Under the pieces are notes generated by a model. That model worked only from the letters and a program-made list of their open reading frames with translations, made no database searches and had not been told where the DNA came from. A DNA stretch of 64,000 nt from a virus: IMG/VR virus record IMGVR_UViG_3300045988_137032, positions 160,001-224,000 of that record; one strand, 5' to 3'. Position numbers and translations under genes: made by a program. Positions 45,705 to 55,276 of this stretch are shown here, piece by piece. Each line of letters begins with the position of its first letter. The first letter of the stretch is position 1.

Positions 45705-46118
45705 TTACTTAGATGCATCAGGAATCTTCATATCCAGCATGAAAGCAGAACGCTTTGCAAAATACTGGGTAATGTACTTCTCGCTCTTCTCCAGAGCATT
45801 GCCAGCCATGCTGGAGAAGATGATGGACTTGCTGTGGTTGTTCAAGAAGACCACGGTCTTATAGGTACGCTCCGGATCCTGACCGGGACGAGGATTCTTG
45901 ATACGTGTGGTGCTCTCAACGACGCAAATCGTTGCGGAGATAACCTTATCTTCCTGGCCCTTCGGATTCATCTCGATGGTGATAGATGCATGCGAGCTCG
46001 TATCAGTGACATTGGATGCCTTCACGTGGATGTCCATCTTCTCATTTAGCCAAGCCAGATCGCCAGTCCATGCTTCTGTCTTGTAGTGGTTTGCGAGACT
46101 CTTGATGTCAGTTTTCAT
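45705..46118 (-). CDS. hypothetical protein
   Basis: AGAAAGAGGT RBS. 137 aa. G/C-ending codons. Confidence 0.65.
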   Translation of the reverse strand: MKTDIKSLANHYKTEAWTGDLAWLNEKMDIHVKASNVTDTSSHASITIEMNPKGQEDKVISATICVVESTTRIKNPRPGQDPERTYKTVVFLNNHSKSIIFSSMAGNALEKSEKYITQYFAKRSAFMLDMKIPDASK

Positions 46119-46239
46119 GTTTAGATACCTCTTTCTAATTATATTTAGGAATCGCTTTCAGGTGACGGGAATCCTGAAAGCATTAATATCTAATTGTAAT
46201 TAGTATGTTATTTTCCAATATAATTAGTTAGAGGAAATC

Positions 46240-46419
46240 TCATTTAAAAAGACGATCAAACATCATCTCTTTTTCAATCACAGTGGCTTCATCCACCTTA
46301 GTACCACATTTAGTACAGATATAGATTTCACGGTGACCATCAACCATCTCAAACTTCCATTCGTGATTGCAGAAATGACGAAGGAATTTCTTTTTGAATT
46401 CTTCTTTTGTAAGTTTCAT
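46240..46419 (-). CDS. 59-aa zinc-ribbon-like protein (below the ORF-track cut-off)
   Basis: ATG 46419 follows GGAGAGCTA. Sequence MKLTKEEFKKKFLRHFCNHEWKF..IYICTKCGTKV carries CxH..CxxC. Confidence 0.45.
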   Translation of the reverse strand: MKLTKEEFKKKFLRHFCNHEWKFEMVDGHREIYICTKCGTKVDEATVIEKEMMFDRLFK

Positions 46420-46529
46420 TAGCTCTCCATAGATGTCTTGAAAACAGTCTTATTAAAGTCGCCCACGGGTTCTTCATAAGGAAAGGATGGTGCTAGATAT
46501 CAGAAATGATACTAGCACCATCCTCTTAT

Positions 46530-48659
46530 TTATACCAGAGAAAGCTCGGCTTCCATAACCATCTTTGCTTTCTCAATCGGAACGATTCTTACACCATACT
46601 TTCTGGCTTTCTCAACCTTACTAGATTGAGTATCCGGAGAAGGTACAACCAAAAACGTAGTCCCACGAGTAACTATGTCAACAACCTTGCCACCATGATC
46701 CGTAACCCATTTATCAAGGTCAGGATCACGAATCATCGTAAAGCATACAGTAAACTTCGGATCTTCGAGTTTTCCCTTAGTAGGAATAATCGTGAGTTCC
46801 TTTTCCAGCTTCCTAAGAAGCTTCTCATTATTCCGAACGCCTTCGATAATCTTCATGGCAGTTTTCTCACGAATTGTAGGGATTCCAACCAGAGTATGAT
46901 ACAGCTTATTTTCTGCTGTATAATACAACTGCTCCAAATCCATATACGGCATGATTCTCTCAAATGTCTTATGAGAGACTCCTTCAATACCAATTGCTCC
47001 AAGCAGAATATAATCCGGAACTTCTTTCTTTGCATCAATTGCATCAATCCAAGATTCCAGCATCTTCTTACCGAAGCCATCGATATTGATGATTTCCTTC
47101 TTGTGCTTTTCCAGCTTATAGAGATCATGGATATCCTTTACAATCCCTTCATGATAAAGCTTTGTGATAACTCCATAAGAGATACCATCAATCTTCATCT
47201 TAGAAAGATAATTGAGAATCTTACCAATCTTCCTACAAGGACAATCCGGATTCACACAAGATGCAATATCGCCAGATTCACTGAAGACAAGATCACTTCC
47301 ACATTCAGGACAAGTTGTAGGAACTTCAAACTCTTTTCCGTCATAATTATGCTCACAATCACTATCGAAAGCCATATACGGAATGATGTCATAAAGAACC
47401 TTAACCTTATCTCCCTTGTGAAGATGAAGTGCCTTAAATCTACCAATGGAACCGAGAGAAATATTCTCAATGGTATTTCCCTTCAGCTTCACAGGTTTCA
47501 CCTGCGCAACTGGAGCCAATCTACCAAAGAGACCCATATTGAAAGTGACATCCTTCAAGACAGACATCTCTGATTCTTCCGTAAACTTATATGCAACTTC
47601 GAAGTTATTCTTATCATTCTCTCTACCGAGAATCTTTTGCAATTCCGGATTGATGATATAAATAACTGCTCCATCACAACGAAGTTCACCATGAACGTAC
47701 CGATGCCCTAAAGCAAACTTACGAATCGCTTCTCTATCTTTCAGTTTACACCGAAGGAACGGGAAGTTCTTGAATGCTTCTTTGGCAAGTTGCTGATCAC
47801 CAGCTTCATTGCCAACTCTCAAAGGAATTGCATGGAGATATCTGGACTTCTCAGGATCAAACTCATCACTATTCAGAATACCAGAAACGATTGACCGAGT
47901 ATTCTTATAATCAGTATGATACCTCTCATTGAATGCAACGAGATCACTCTCATACATCATAACCTCGGTCTTAAGTCCATAAGCCCCATTGAACTCATGA
48001 TACTCACGAATCGGGAATCCTTGAAAATGACGAGTGATATCTTGAGCTTCATTCCGTTCTGTAAATCCACGAGTAAGAACTCGATCGATTGTACCATCGG
48101 CATTCATCTCAAAGATACCTGAGACGCCATCAAACTTCGGGAAGACATAAATGTCTTCATCATTCAGACTTACTTTCTTACCAGAAGTTTGATAGATCTT
48201 ATTCTCCATGGTCTGAATCCATTCATCGAGATATCGTCTGGATGGATTCGTTCTCTCCTCTTCCAATGACAGATAATGTGTCTTCGTCAAAGTACCTCTC
48301 AAAGAAGGATACTTATGATGAGCGATATTCACGGCATCTGGAGCAATTGGAACGGAAATGATATCAGATCCTCCATTATCCAGCATGATTGCATACAGCG
48401 TATCATACTCAGAATCCGTAAGACCTGTATCCAACCCAGAATCATTATAGATGAACTGGGTCACATTGATAAGCCCCTGAATATTCTGAAGATCATCTGC
48501 GAAATACGGAATCAAAGAATTTACTTGCTTCTTATGAATATAAGCATTCACAAGTTTCCGTACCTCAGAACTCTTCATAATTTCAGAAGCTTCCTGACAT
48601 GACATATCTCCATCTACCAAAGATTGATATATGTCGTTGAAATTTACAGTGGTTGCCAT
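46530..48659 (-). CDS. ligA: NAD-dependent DNA ligase (LigA type)
   Basis: GAAAGGAG RBS. Adenylation motif FPKFDGVSG (KxDG). Cys4 zinc finger CPECGS..CVNPDCPC. C-terminal BRCT-like FTVCFTMIRDPDLDKWVTDHGGKVV..TTFLVVP. Length 709 aa. Confidence 0.9.
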   Translation of the reverse strand: MATTVNFNDIYQSLVDGDMSCQEASEIMKSSEVRKLVNAYIHKKQVNSLIPYFADDLQNIQGLINVTQFIYNDSGLDTGLTDSEYDTLYAIMLDNGGSDIISVPIAPDAVNIAHHKYPSLRGTLTKTHYLSLEEERTNPSRRYLDEWIQTMENKIYQTSGKKVSLNDEDIYVFPKFDGVSGIFEMNADGTIDRVLTRGFTERNEAQDITRHFQGFPIREYHEFNGAYGLKTEVMMYESDLVAFNERYHTDYKNTRSIVSGILNSDEFDPEKSRYLHAIPLRVGNEAGDQQLAKEAFKNFPFLRCKLKDREAIRKFALGHRYVHGELRCDGAVIYIINPELQKILGRENDKNNFEVAYKFTEESEMSVLKDVTFNMGLFGRLAPVAQVKPVKLKGNTIENISLGSIGRFKALHLHKGDKVKVLYDIIPYMAFDSDCEHNYDGKEFEVPTTCPECGSDLVFSESGDIASCVNPDCPCRKIGKILNYLSKMKIDGISYGVITKLYHEGIVKDIHDLYKLEKHKKEIINIDGFGKKMLESWIDAIDAKKEVPDYILLGAIGIEGVSHKTFERIMPYMDLEQLYYTAENKLYHTLVGIPTIREKTAMKIIEGVRNNEKLLRKLEKELTIIPTKGKLEDPKFTVCFTMIRDPDLDKWVTDHGGKVVDIVTRGTTFLVVPSPDTQSSKVEKARKYGVRIVPIEKAKMVMEAELSLV

Positions 48660-48689
48660 TTGTGCTCACTCCTTTCATTATACTATTTA

Positions 48690-48699
48690 TATAATATAT
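48690..48699 (+). promoter_or_regulatory. core-only copy (TATAATATAT)
   Basis: 31 nt upstream of the ligase start (48659, minus strand), just after terminator 48706-48746. Confidence 0.45.
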
Positions 48700-48705
48700 A
48701 AATTA

Positions 48706-48746
48706 AAGTACCAGCCTATTATTTATTATATAATAGGCTGGTACTT
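48706..48746 (-). terminator. terminator
   Basis: 16-bp stem AAGTACCAGCCTATTA / TAATAGGCTGGTACTT. Confidence 0.7.
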
Positions 48747-48749
48747 ATG

Positions 48750-49154
48750 TCAATGCAATACACCTTCCTGAATCAGGATTTCGTTGATTTTTTCTTTCAC
48801 GGTTTCCGGATTAAATACAAGGAACGGTTTCTCACATGTAAGATCCATTGTGGAATACATCTTATTGAGTTCGAGTAATGCTGCCCAAAGCTCCACTGTA
48901 CCGTAGAGGTCATAGCTGAGCTTCTTTGGCTTAAACTTATACATACGAACTTCATCGGCAGGAAGAGATACAGTGATCGCATCCTCTGCCATAAGATCCA
49001 TATACTCACGAATCATTGACTTATACGGAACTTGAATGACTTCATTATTCTGTCGAATGCAGAATGTAGTATGTAAGTTCCGATAGCTAATTTCTTTTGT
49101 CTCGATCTGATCAATAAGTTCTTGAATGGTCGAGTAATACATCTTTTCTGGCAT
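48750..49154 (-). CDS. hypothetical protein
   Basis: 134-aa ORF with GAGAGG RBS inside the upstream gene's end. Terminator at 48706-48746. Confidence 0.6.
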   Translation of the reverse strand: MPEKMYYSTIQELIDQIETKEISYRNLHTTFCIRQNNEVIQVPYKSMIREYMDLMAEDAITVSLPADEVRMYKFKPKKLSYDLYGTVELWAALLELNKMYSTMDLTCEKPFLVFNPETVKEKINEILIQEGVLH

Positions 49155-49160
49155 ATATTA

Positions 49161-49559
49161 TCACCAGCCTCTCTTGTTGGAAAGCTGCTCGACATTCGTG
49201 ACAAGGTATTCTGCATCGCCAGTATCATTCAGTCCATCTCGAGCACCTTTAATAGATGTCAAGTCTGAAATAACTTTCGGAAGATCACCACCGGAATCAA
49301 TATCAAATCCAGTAAGTGCCATAATAATGCCCTTGGCTTTAAGAAGAACCTGAGCAAGCTTCAACTGATTATCTTCGAGGTCATACATACGCTGCATGGG
49401 AGAGTTGCCAACAGGAGAGCCTTCTGGCTTTTTGAAACGAATTAGTTTCACATTACTACCATCGTAATAGTGTGCAACGAGCCATGCAACTCCATTGTCA
49501 TCGGGAGGAATGAGATAGCACTCTCCAGTGGGCTTCTCACCCTGAGTCATCATATACAT
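49161..49559 (-). CDS. hypothetical protein
   Basis: 132-aa ORF with AGAGAGGA RBS. Confidence 0.6.
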   Translation of the reverse strand: MYMMTQGEKPTGECYLIPPDDNGVAWLVAHYYDGSNVKLIRFKKPEGSPVGNSPMQRMYDLEDNQLKLAQVLLKAKGIIMALTGFDIDSGGDLPKVISDLTSIKGARDGLNDTGDAEYLVTNVEQLSNKRGW

Positions 49560-49574
49560 AAAAATCGTCCTCTC

Positions 49575-49940
49575 TTACTTCGTAGTAGCGTAAGGATACT
49601 GAATATTCCCATTGATGAAATCGACTGTAAACTTACGTCCTTTTTCAACTTCACCATCGGAATTGATCTTATCCATCCATGTATTGCTATCCTGCATTTC
49701 AACAGTGAATGCTTTACCAAGCTTCACACTCTTTTGGTAATTTACTTTACATGCGCTATCATTTGCAAATAACTTATTCGCTGTAATATTACCAGTACCA
49801 GTTGCTGTAAGAGAACTCATAATACGAGGAACCACAAGAGTAATTCGCTCCTGTCGTCTCATAGGTTTGAAATTCTCTGGAACGAAACCGTATTCCTGAT
49901 TATCAATCGAATAAATCATGTCAAACCCAGTGGTAGACAT
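49575..49940 (-). CDS. hypothetical protein
   Basis: 121-aa ORF with AAGGAGGG RBS. Confidence 0.6.
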   Translation of the reverse strand: MSTTGFDMIYSIDNQEYGFVPENFKPMRRQERITLVVPRIMSSLTATGTGNITANKLFANDSACKVNYQKSVKLGKAFTVEMQDSNTWMDKINSDGEVEKGRKFTVDFINGNIQYPYATTK

Positions 49941-50047
49941 AACGAATTTCCCTCCTTAATTAAAGTGCTTAAATTTCTGTTTTCATACTCAATATTCACG
50001 AAAACAGATCTCATAAGCAAAACCTTAAATCCAAGGAGGTTATCGAT

Positions 50048-51253
50048 ATGGGAATCGAATTGAATAAAGACCAAGCAACAGCATTGATGTTAATTGAGAA
50101 CTGGTGGTATAGTAGAAATAAACAAGTTTTTGAATTATCCGGTGTTAGTGGTGCTGGTAAGACGTTCCTAGTAAATTACTTCATTGACCGTATCGGTCTT
50201 AGTTTGCAAGATTGTGCATTCGTCGCATTCATGGGTAAGGCTGCCATGGTTATGGCAAAGAATGGCTTACCTGCGCAAACGATTCACAGTCTTATTTATG
50301 ACTACATCAAAGTACCTGTATATGAAGAAACTGAGGATGGAAGAAAAGTTCCTGTCATCGAAGATAGTGGTAAAATACGATGCAAATGGATATTTCGTAA
50401 GAAAGAAGAACTCTACAATCCAAAGCTTAAGCTGATTGTGATTGATGAGGCATCCATGGTATCCGAAGAAATCGCAAAAGACATTTTGAGTTATGGAATT
50501 CCAGTTATTGCTATGGGTGACTTAAATCAGTTGCCTCCAGTAATTGGAAATCCATACTTCTTAAAGAGTGCCGATTATCATCTGACTCAGATTATGAGAC
50601 AAGCTGAAGGTAATCCAATCATCTACTTATCTCAGTGCGTTCTGAATAATATTCCACTTGAATCTGGTCAATACGGCGATAGCATCGTATTCAACCATGG
50701 CACAAAGATTACGAAAGAATTGCTGAAGCAAAATGATATCGTTCTCACTTATAGTAACACTATGCGTGGGCAAGTGAATGATTTCTACAGACTGGAATTC
50801 TTTGGAAGAGAGCGTACTGATCTCCCTAAAGTAGGTGAGAGAATTATCTGCAGAAAGAATAATTGGAAACGAACGATTGATCGTATTCTGTATCTTACGA
50901 ATGGTACTGCTGGTGATATTGAGTTTATTGATGATGAGCATAGAAAAGAAAATCAGATGCGAATTGACTTCCATCCTGATTTCGTTCCTAGAGGAAAACG
51001 CTTTAAGAACATCGACATTGATACGGAGTTCTTAATGGCAAATCCTGGTGATCCAGATCCAAAGCAATTCAACTTCTTAAATAAGTTTGAGTATGCTTAT
51101 GCCATTACAACTCATCTTTCTCAGGGCAGCCAGTATAATCGTGTACTGGTTAAGAATGAAGATCGTTTTGAGTATTTTCCACACAATCTATATAAAAAGC
51201 TTCAATACACAGCTATCACACGTGCAGTAGATAAAGTAACGATCATTTTGTAA
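50048..51253 (+). CDS. SF1 Dda/RecD/Pif1-like DNA helicase
   Basis: AAGGAGGT RBS. Walker A GVSGAGKTFL, Walker B LIVIDEASMV, GDLNQLPPV, AITTHLSQGSQYNRVLV. Confidence 0.8.
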   Translation: MGIELNKDQATALMLIENWWYSRNKQVFELSGVSGAGKTFLVNYFIDRIGLSLQDCAFVAFMGKAAMVMAKNGLPAQTIHSLIYDYIKVPVYEETEDGRKVPVIEDSGKIRCKWIFRKKEELYNPKLKLIVIDEASMVSEEIAKDILSYGIPVIAMGDLNQLPPVIGNPYFLKSADYHLTQIMRQAEGNPIIYLSQCVLNNIPLESGQYGDSIVFNHGTKITKELLKQNDIVLTYSNTMRGQVNDFYRLEFFGRERTDLPKVGERIICRKNNWKRTIDRILYLTNGTAGDIEFIDDEHRKENQMRIDFHPDFVPRGKRFKNIDIDTEFLMANPGDPDPKQFNFLNKFEYAYAITTHLSQGSQYNRVLVKNEDRFEYFPHNLYKKLQYTAITRAVDKVTIIL

Positions 51254-51362
51254 ACACATCAGGAGACATTATCTATGACATATAGTCTGGATAATGCCTC
51301 CTGTTTATCAATATACCATCTAACAGCTTTCTAACCGAAAGTATAAAAAGGAGTGTCGACCT

Positions 51363-52592
51363 ATGAGTAAAAATCTTTTATTGCAAGCATTGCGCAATAA
51401 CGCAAAGACTGGTGACATGTTCACCACTAACGCTACCTTCACAGCATATAAGACAGGATTTCCTGCTCTTGACTATGCTATGGGTTTCAATGTAAACGTA
51501 TACGACGAAAATGGTAAGGTTAAGAATACTTATCCTTCTATTGGTATTACTTGCGGTTCTATCGTGACGATTGTCGGTAAGACTCACGTTGGTAAAACTA
51601 CACTGGCTACCCAGTTGGCATCCAGCATCGTAAGACCGTTTGATAACGGTTTCGTTCTTCATTTCGACCTTGAGGGTGGCACAAACATGACTCGTATTTC
51701 TACTCTGAGTCGTTTCACTCCTCAGGAACTGAAAGATGGAAAGTACATCGTGCGTCAGCTCGGTGTATCCATCGAAGAAATCAAAAAGACGATTGCTGAA
51801 CTATATCGTACAAAGACCGGTTCTCCTGATGAGTATAAGTATGACACTGGTGAAGTGGATGAATTCGGTGAGAAAGTATATGCTTACGTTCCCACTGTAA
51901 TCATCATTGACTCCGTGGCATCCATGACTTCGTACATCAATGAGAATACGAAAGATGGTCAGGCCGAGATGGATACAATTTCTTCTCAGACCGATAGCTC
52001 TCGTTTTGCTGGTCTTATGACACGTTTCCTGAAGGAAATCATGCAGATGCTGAAAGCTGCTAATATCATTCTTATTCTGATTAACCACATCAAGGATAAG
52101 ATTAGTATGGGTGTACCTCAGCCTGCTGAGATGCGTGGCTTAAAGCAGAATGAAACTCTGCCTGCTGGTAAAGCTCTCCAGTATTATACCAACACGATGA
52201 TTCGTCTTACTTCCATTGGCAGTGAGCACTATGATGTCGAGAATAATGGTTTCGATGGATTTGGTGTTGCTGCTACCTTTATCAAGAACCGCAGTAATTC
52301 GGATGGTGTATCTGTACCCCTTGTGTTTGATAAAGTCCATGGATATGATTCCATTCGTTCTTCTGTAAACTACGCTAAACAGATTGGACTGCTTGGTGGT
52401 AATATCAACGGTTACTATTTTGGTGACCGTAAGGATATGAAGTTCCCTGGTCGTACAATGCATGAAGCATTTAACCAGAATAAGGAACTCTACAAGGTGA
52501 TGTATGATACCATCATCCCTGTTCTTCACAGCAAGCTTTCTACAGTAAGTCCTGAAGAAATTCTTGTTGATGCTGAAGAACTGAACTACTAA
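51363..52592 (+). CDS. RecA/UvsX-like recombinase
   Basis: AAAGGAGTG RBS. Walker A GKTHVGKTT, Walker B VIIIDSVAS. 409 aa. Terminator at 52597-52637. Confidence 0.75.
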   Translation: MSKNLLLQALRNNAKTGDMFTTNATFTAYKTGFPALDYAMGFNVNVYDENGKVKNTYPSIGITCGSIVTIVGKTHVGKTTLATQLASSIVRPFDNGFVLHFDLEGGTNMTRISTLSRFTPQELKDGKYIVRQLGVSIEEIKKTIAELYRTKTGSPDEYKYDTGEVDEFGEKVYAYVPTVIIIDSVASMTSYINENTKDGQAEMDTISSQTDSSRFAGLMTRFLKEIMQMLKAANIILILINHIKDKISMGVPQPAEMRGLKQNETLPAGKALQYYTNTMIRLTSIGSEHYDVENNGFDGFGVAATFIKNRSNSDGVSVPLVFDKVHGYDSIRSSVNYAKQIGLLGGNINGYYFGDRKDMKFPGRTMHEAFNQNKELYKVMYDTIIPVLHSKLSTVSPEEILVDAEELNY

Positions 52593-52596
52593 TAAT

Positions 52597-52637
52597 AGCC
52601 ACCATGAGTAAATAAAAACTCATGGTGGCTTTTTATT
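52597..52637 (+). terminator. terminator after the recombinase gene
   Basis: Stem AGCCACCATGAG / CTCATGGTGGCT followed by TTTTATTT. Confidence 0.8.
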
Positions 52638-52646
52638 TCCATATAT

Positions 52647-52693
52647 ACAAAAAAGAAAGAATGCAGGAAGACTCTGCTTCCCACATTCTTTCT
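52647..52693 (-). terminator. terminator
   Basis: Stem AGAAAGAATG..GGAAG / CTTCC..CATTCTTTCT with a T run on the minus strand. Confidence 0.65.
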
Positions 52694-52705
52694 CTTGTAG
52701 TGTAC

Positions 52706-53050
52706 TTACATGACGTATTTGGTGAAGTTGTCACCGAATTCATTAGCAAGCACACGATGTTGTGTTGAACATGCGGATATTTTTCGCATATCCGGATAAC
52801 CGGCGCTAACAAAGTATTCTGCAAGTTCATCATCATTCATTTCGTTTGGATTGACGGAGCCAACCCGTAGGCCGGCTGTCTTAGCAAACGGAACGAACAT
52901 GGAAGGAAAATACCGAGGGCTGGTTAAGGGCGACTCGGTATTTTCTTCCACTATGTTGACCTGATTCTCATTCAGGTTCAAAAAGGATACCTGCTTTGTC
53001 AAGTTATTGACATTGCAGGTATCCATTTGCTGAATAGAAGCAGTTTGCAT
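52706..53050 (-). CDS. hypothetical protein
   Basis: GGAAGGAGGA RBS. The AT motif lies 32 nt upstream. Confidence 0.55.
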   Translation of the reverse strand: MQTASIQQMDTCNVNNLTKQVSFLNLNENQVNIVEENTESPLTSPRYFPSMFVPFAKTAGLRVGSVNPNEMNDDELAEYFVSAGYPDMRKISACSTQHRVLANEFGDNFTKYVM

Positions 53051-53081
53051 ATGTAATCCTCCTTCCCTATTATGATACTAA

Positions 53082-53098
53082 TATAATATATCATTATA
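53082..53098 (+). promoter_or_regulatory. AT motif copy 5 (TATAATATATCATTATA then GG)
   Basis: The only copy between two same-strand (minus) genes. Lies 32 nt upstream of 52706-53050(-). The right half is degenerate (TATAGG). Confidence 0.55.
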
Positions 53099-53112
53099 GG
53101 AAAGAATGATTA

Positions 53113-54012
53113 TTACAGGATAAGAGTCATACTCCCATCCATTGGGTCATATATGAAACTCTTAATTTTATTATTACGAGTAATGAAACTAAAGATGTGA
53201 TTGCTCATACAACCATCTACTCTCAGTGTATTACTGACGATATACATATCCGCCATATAATAATGAGAATAATTCTTAAGGCAAGAATTTAACGATGGCC
53301 ATCTGAAGTTCGTAATCCATCTCAATTCGGAATCCGATTTCAAATCATGCTCATCAAGAACTACTTTCCGCTCATCCGTAAATTGAATCAAACGAGAAAA
53401 TTGTCCATTGACATACTCGATCATGGGGGCTTCATATTCCTTATTTCCTACACCAAGAATTTTGTAGGTATACATGGAAACATCTTCGATATTCTTTCTC
53501 TTACAAATAGTAGGCGTGATTACAAAGTTATTTGTAAGTCCTTCAAAGATTGCATATCTTCCACCATGAATTACGAAATCATAAATAGATCTCGACAACG
53601 CAACCTGATAGAAATTGCTTCCGATAGATAGAAAGGATTCATCCACTTTAAAATTCTTCGTAAGAGAACTAAATGGATTGTATCCTTTACAGATGGTGAC
53701 GTTTTGAATTGTATTAAACTTATCTACATAAGCAAGATATGAGCAATCAGAATCCATGATCAAATACACAGGAACTTTTGGTGATCCATCATAACCGAGT
53801 TTTATACAACGAATTGGATTTCCCTTAATGACAGAAATTCTATTGGAACCTTTCGGAATTGTGTGATACAACAGATCCGTTCCAACATCATATTTCTCTT
53901 TCGACTTATGAAGATGATCTAATCCACGCAATGGATTCAAAAGAGTTACTTTCGTAGCATCTATATAAGATGCTGTATTCCCTCCATATGCGATACAAAA
54001 AGATTTTTTCAT
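53113..54012 (-). CDS. hypothetical protein
   Basis: AAGGAGGAT RBS. 299 aa. Confidence 0.6.
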   Translation of the reverse strand: MKKSFCIAYGGNTASYIDATKVTLLNPLRGLDHLHKSKEKYDVGTDLLYHTIPKGSNRISVIKGNPIRCIKLGYDGSPKVPVYLIMDSDCSYLAYVDKFNTIQNVTICKGYNPFSSLTKNFKVDESFLSIGSNFYQVALSRSIYDFVIHGGRYAIFEGLTNNFVITPTICKRKNIEDVSMYTYKILGVGNKEYEAPMIEYVNGQFSRLIQFTDERKVVLDEHDLKSDSELRWITNFRWPSLNSCLKNYSHYYMADMYIVSNTLRVDGCMSNHIFSFITRNNKIKSFIYDPMDGSMTLIL

Positions 54013-54070
54013 TTTCTATGATCCTCCTTGTATTTATATTAATTATAGGTAAAGTAACAAGAAGAATACA

Positions 54071-54113
54071 AAAAAAGAAGGGATACCTAACTGGATGTTA
54101 GGTCCCTTCTTTT
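54071..54113. terminator. bidirectional terminator
   Basis: A run, stem AAGAAGGGA(T)ACCTAAC / GTTAGGTCCCTTCTT, T run. Confidence 0.7.
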
Positions 54114-54115
54114 AT

Positions 54116-54424
54116 TTATGCTTCGTAAGAATTATCGGTGTCATCAGCAGGCTCATCGATCGGCTCGTAACGATCACGATCGAACTTGGCCTTGATCACG
54201 GCCTTGTGGATGAGGCGCTTGAACTGATCAATCTTCATGCTGACCCACTGGATAGCAGAGAAAGCCAACAGGGCAAGGCTGACAATGATCATGATATCAG
54301 AGATGATATCCATGATCATGCAGAAAGTCGGGTGCTTATCACGCATAAGCTTCCGAGCAGCCTTGCGCTTAGCTTCTGCTTCATTGCACATTACAACGTA
54401 CTCATTCCAATTCATAGCCTTCAT
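54116..54424 (-). CDS. small single-pass membrane protein
   Basis: ATG 54424 (MKAMNWNEY) follows AGAAAGGAAAT in the duplicated leader. TM segment IMIIVSLALLAFSAIQWV. Confidence 0.55.
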   Translation of the reverse strand: MKAMNWNEYVVMCNEAEAKRKAARKLMRDKHPTFCMIMDIISDIMIIVSLALLAFSAIQWVSMKIDQFKRLIHKAVIKAKFDRDRYEPIDEPADDTDNSYEA

Positions 54425-54483
54425 AATAATTTCCTTTCTGCGTATCTTTAATGTGCTCGCCAGCACTCATGTTTTTTATTTCG
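54425..54483 (-). repeat. duplicated 5' leader, copy 1
   Basis: 42 nt (54431-54472) are identical to 54791-54832. On the minus strand it reads ACATGAGTGCTGGCGAGCACATTAAAGATACGCAGAAAGGAA. Contains the hairpin GTGCT-GGCG-AGCAC. Confidence 0.85.
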
Positions 54484-54502
54484 AACTACGGATGCGGAAC
54501 AA

Positions 54503-54784
54503 TTACCGCACTTCGTGCATGGTTGCCACTTCATTGAAGTGGCAATTGTACTTAACCCAATCACGGCTCACGAAGTACAAGTTTCCGGATCCGCTTGCGG
54601 CTTCGTCCGTATGATACAACTTAGTATTTTCGGGGCGACGGTGATCAAAATCACTCTTGATCACCTGTAGCATATTGAACGCATCCTTCTCCGAAATACC
54701 TTCAGCGATCATGGTACTATTGATAGTGATAGTACCATGATCGGTATCCATGTAGTTATTGATGATGACATTAAATTTTTTCAT
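54503..54784 (-). CDS. small hypothetical protein
   Basis: ATG 54784 (MKKFNVII) follows AGAAAGGAATC in the duplicated leader. Confidence 0.55.
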   Translation of the reverse strand: MKKFNVIINNYMDTDHGTITINSTMIAEGISEKDAFNMLQVIKSDFDHRRPENTKLYHTDEAASGSGNLYFVSRDWVKYNCHFNEVATMHEVR

Positions 54785-54846
54785 AATTGATTCCTTTCTG
54801 CGTATCTTTAATGTGCTCGCCAGCACTCATGTGTGTTTTTATTTCG
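54785..54846 (-). repeat. duplicated 5' leader, copy 2
   Basis: Same 42-nt block plus a shared AAATAAAAA flank, with a CAC indel relative to copy 1. Confidence 0.85.
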
Positions 54847-54855
54847 TATTGGAGA

Positions 54856-55185
54856 TTACTTAAAGATCAGGGTTGCGTTAGGATCGTTCATCATCTTATC
54901 GAATGCATCGCGATCCATTCCGATGTCGGATGCCACGTACTTGTGGTCATCAGACTTCTTGTTGTTGAAGATGCGATTGTATGCATCCTCACCGGCCTTT
55001 GCATCTGCGAAAGCCTTCTTCTGTGCAGGGGTCTGAGCATACTTTGCAGCATGCTCGAGGTTGCCAGTAAGAGCGTACTGAACGTACGGGTCAGTGCTGT
55101 TGATGGGATTGTACTTTGCGTTCAATTCGCTGGAGCTCATGGTCTTGACAGTAGTGGTAGCGGACTTTTTGAAGAAGTTAAACAT
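54856..55185 (-). CDS. hypothetical protein (abundant-type codon usage)
   Basis: AGAAAGGAT RBS. 109 aa. Confidence 0.6.
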   Translation of the reverse strand: MFNFFKKSATTTVKTMSSSELNAKYNPINSTDPYVQYALTGNLEHAAKYAQTPAQKKAFADAKAGEDAYNRIFNNKKSDDHKYVASDIGMDRDAFDKMMNDPNATLIFK

Positions 55186-55276
55186 AGTGGAATCCTTTCT
55201 TGATCTCTACGGATCATACAAAATTGATTTTATTTTTTGAAGGTTATATTTCTATTCCCTTCTTATTATTCGCATT

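Noticed and set aside
46506-47573. 355-aa plus-strand ORF
   Set aside because: It is antisense to the NAD-ligase gene.
54425-54826. Shared N-terminus MLASTLKIRRKE of two track ORFs, which could suggest a duplicated protein domain
   Set aside because: The identity is at the DNA level in a leader that contains the RBS (AGAAAGGAA) for the downstream ATGs at 54424 and 54784. It is better explained as a duplicated untranslated leader.
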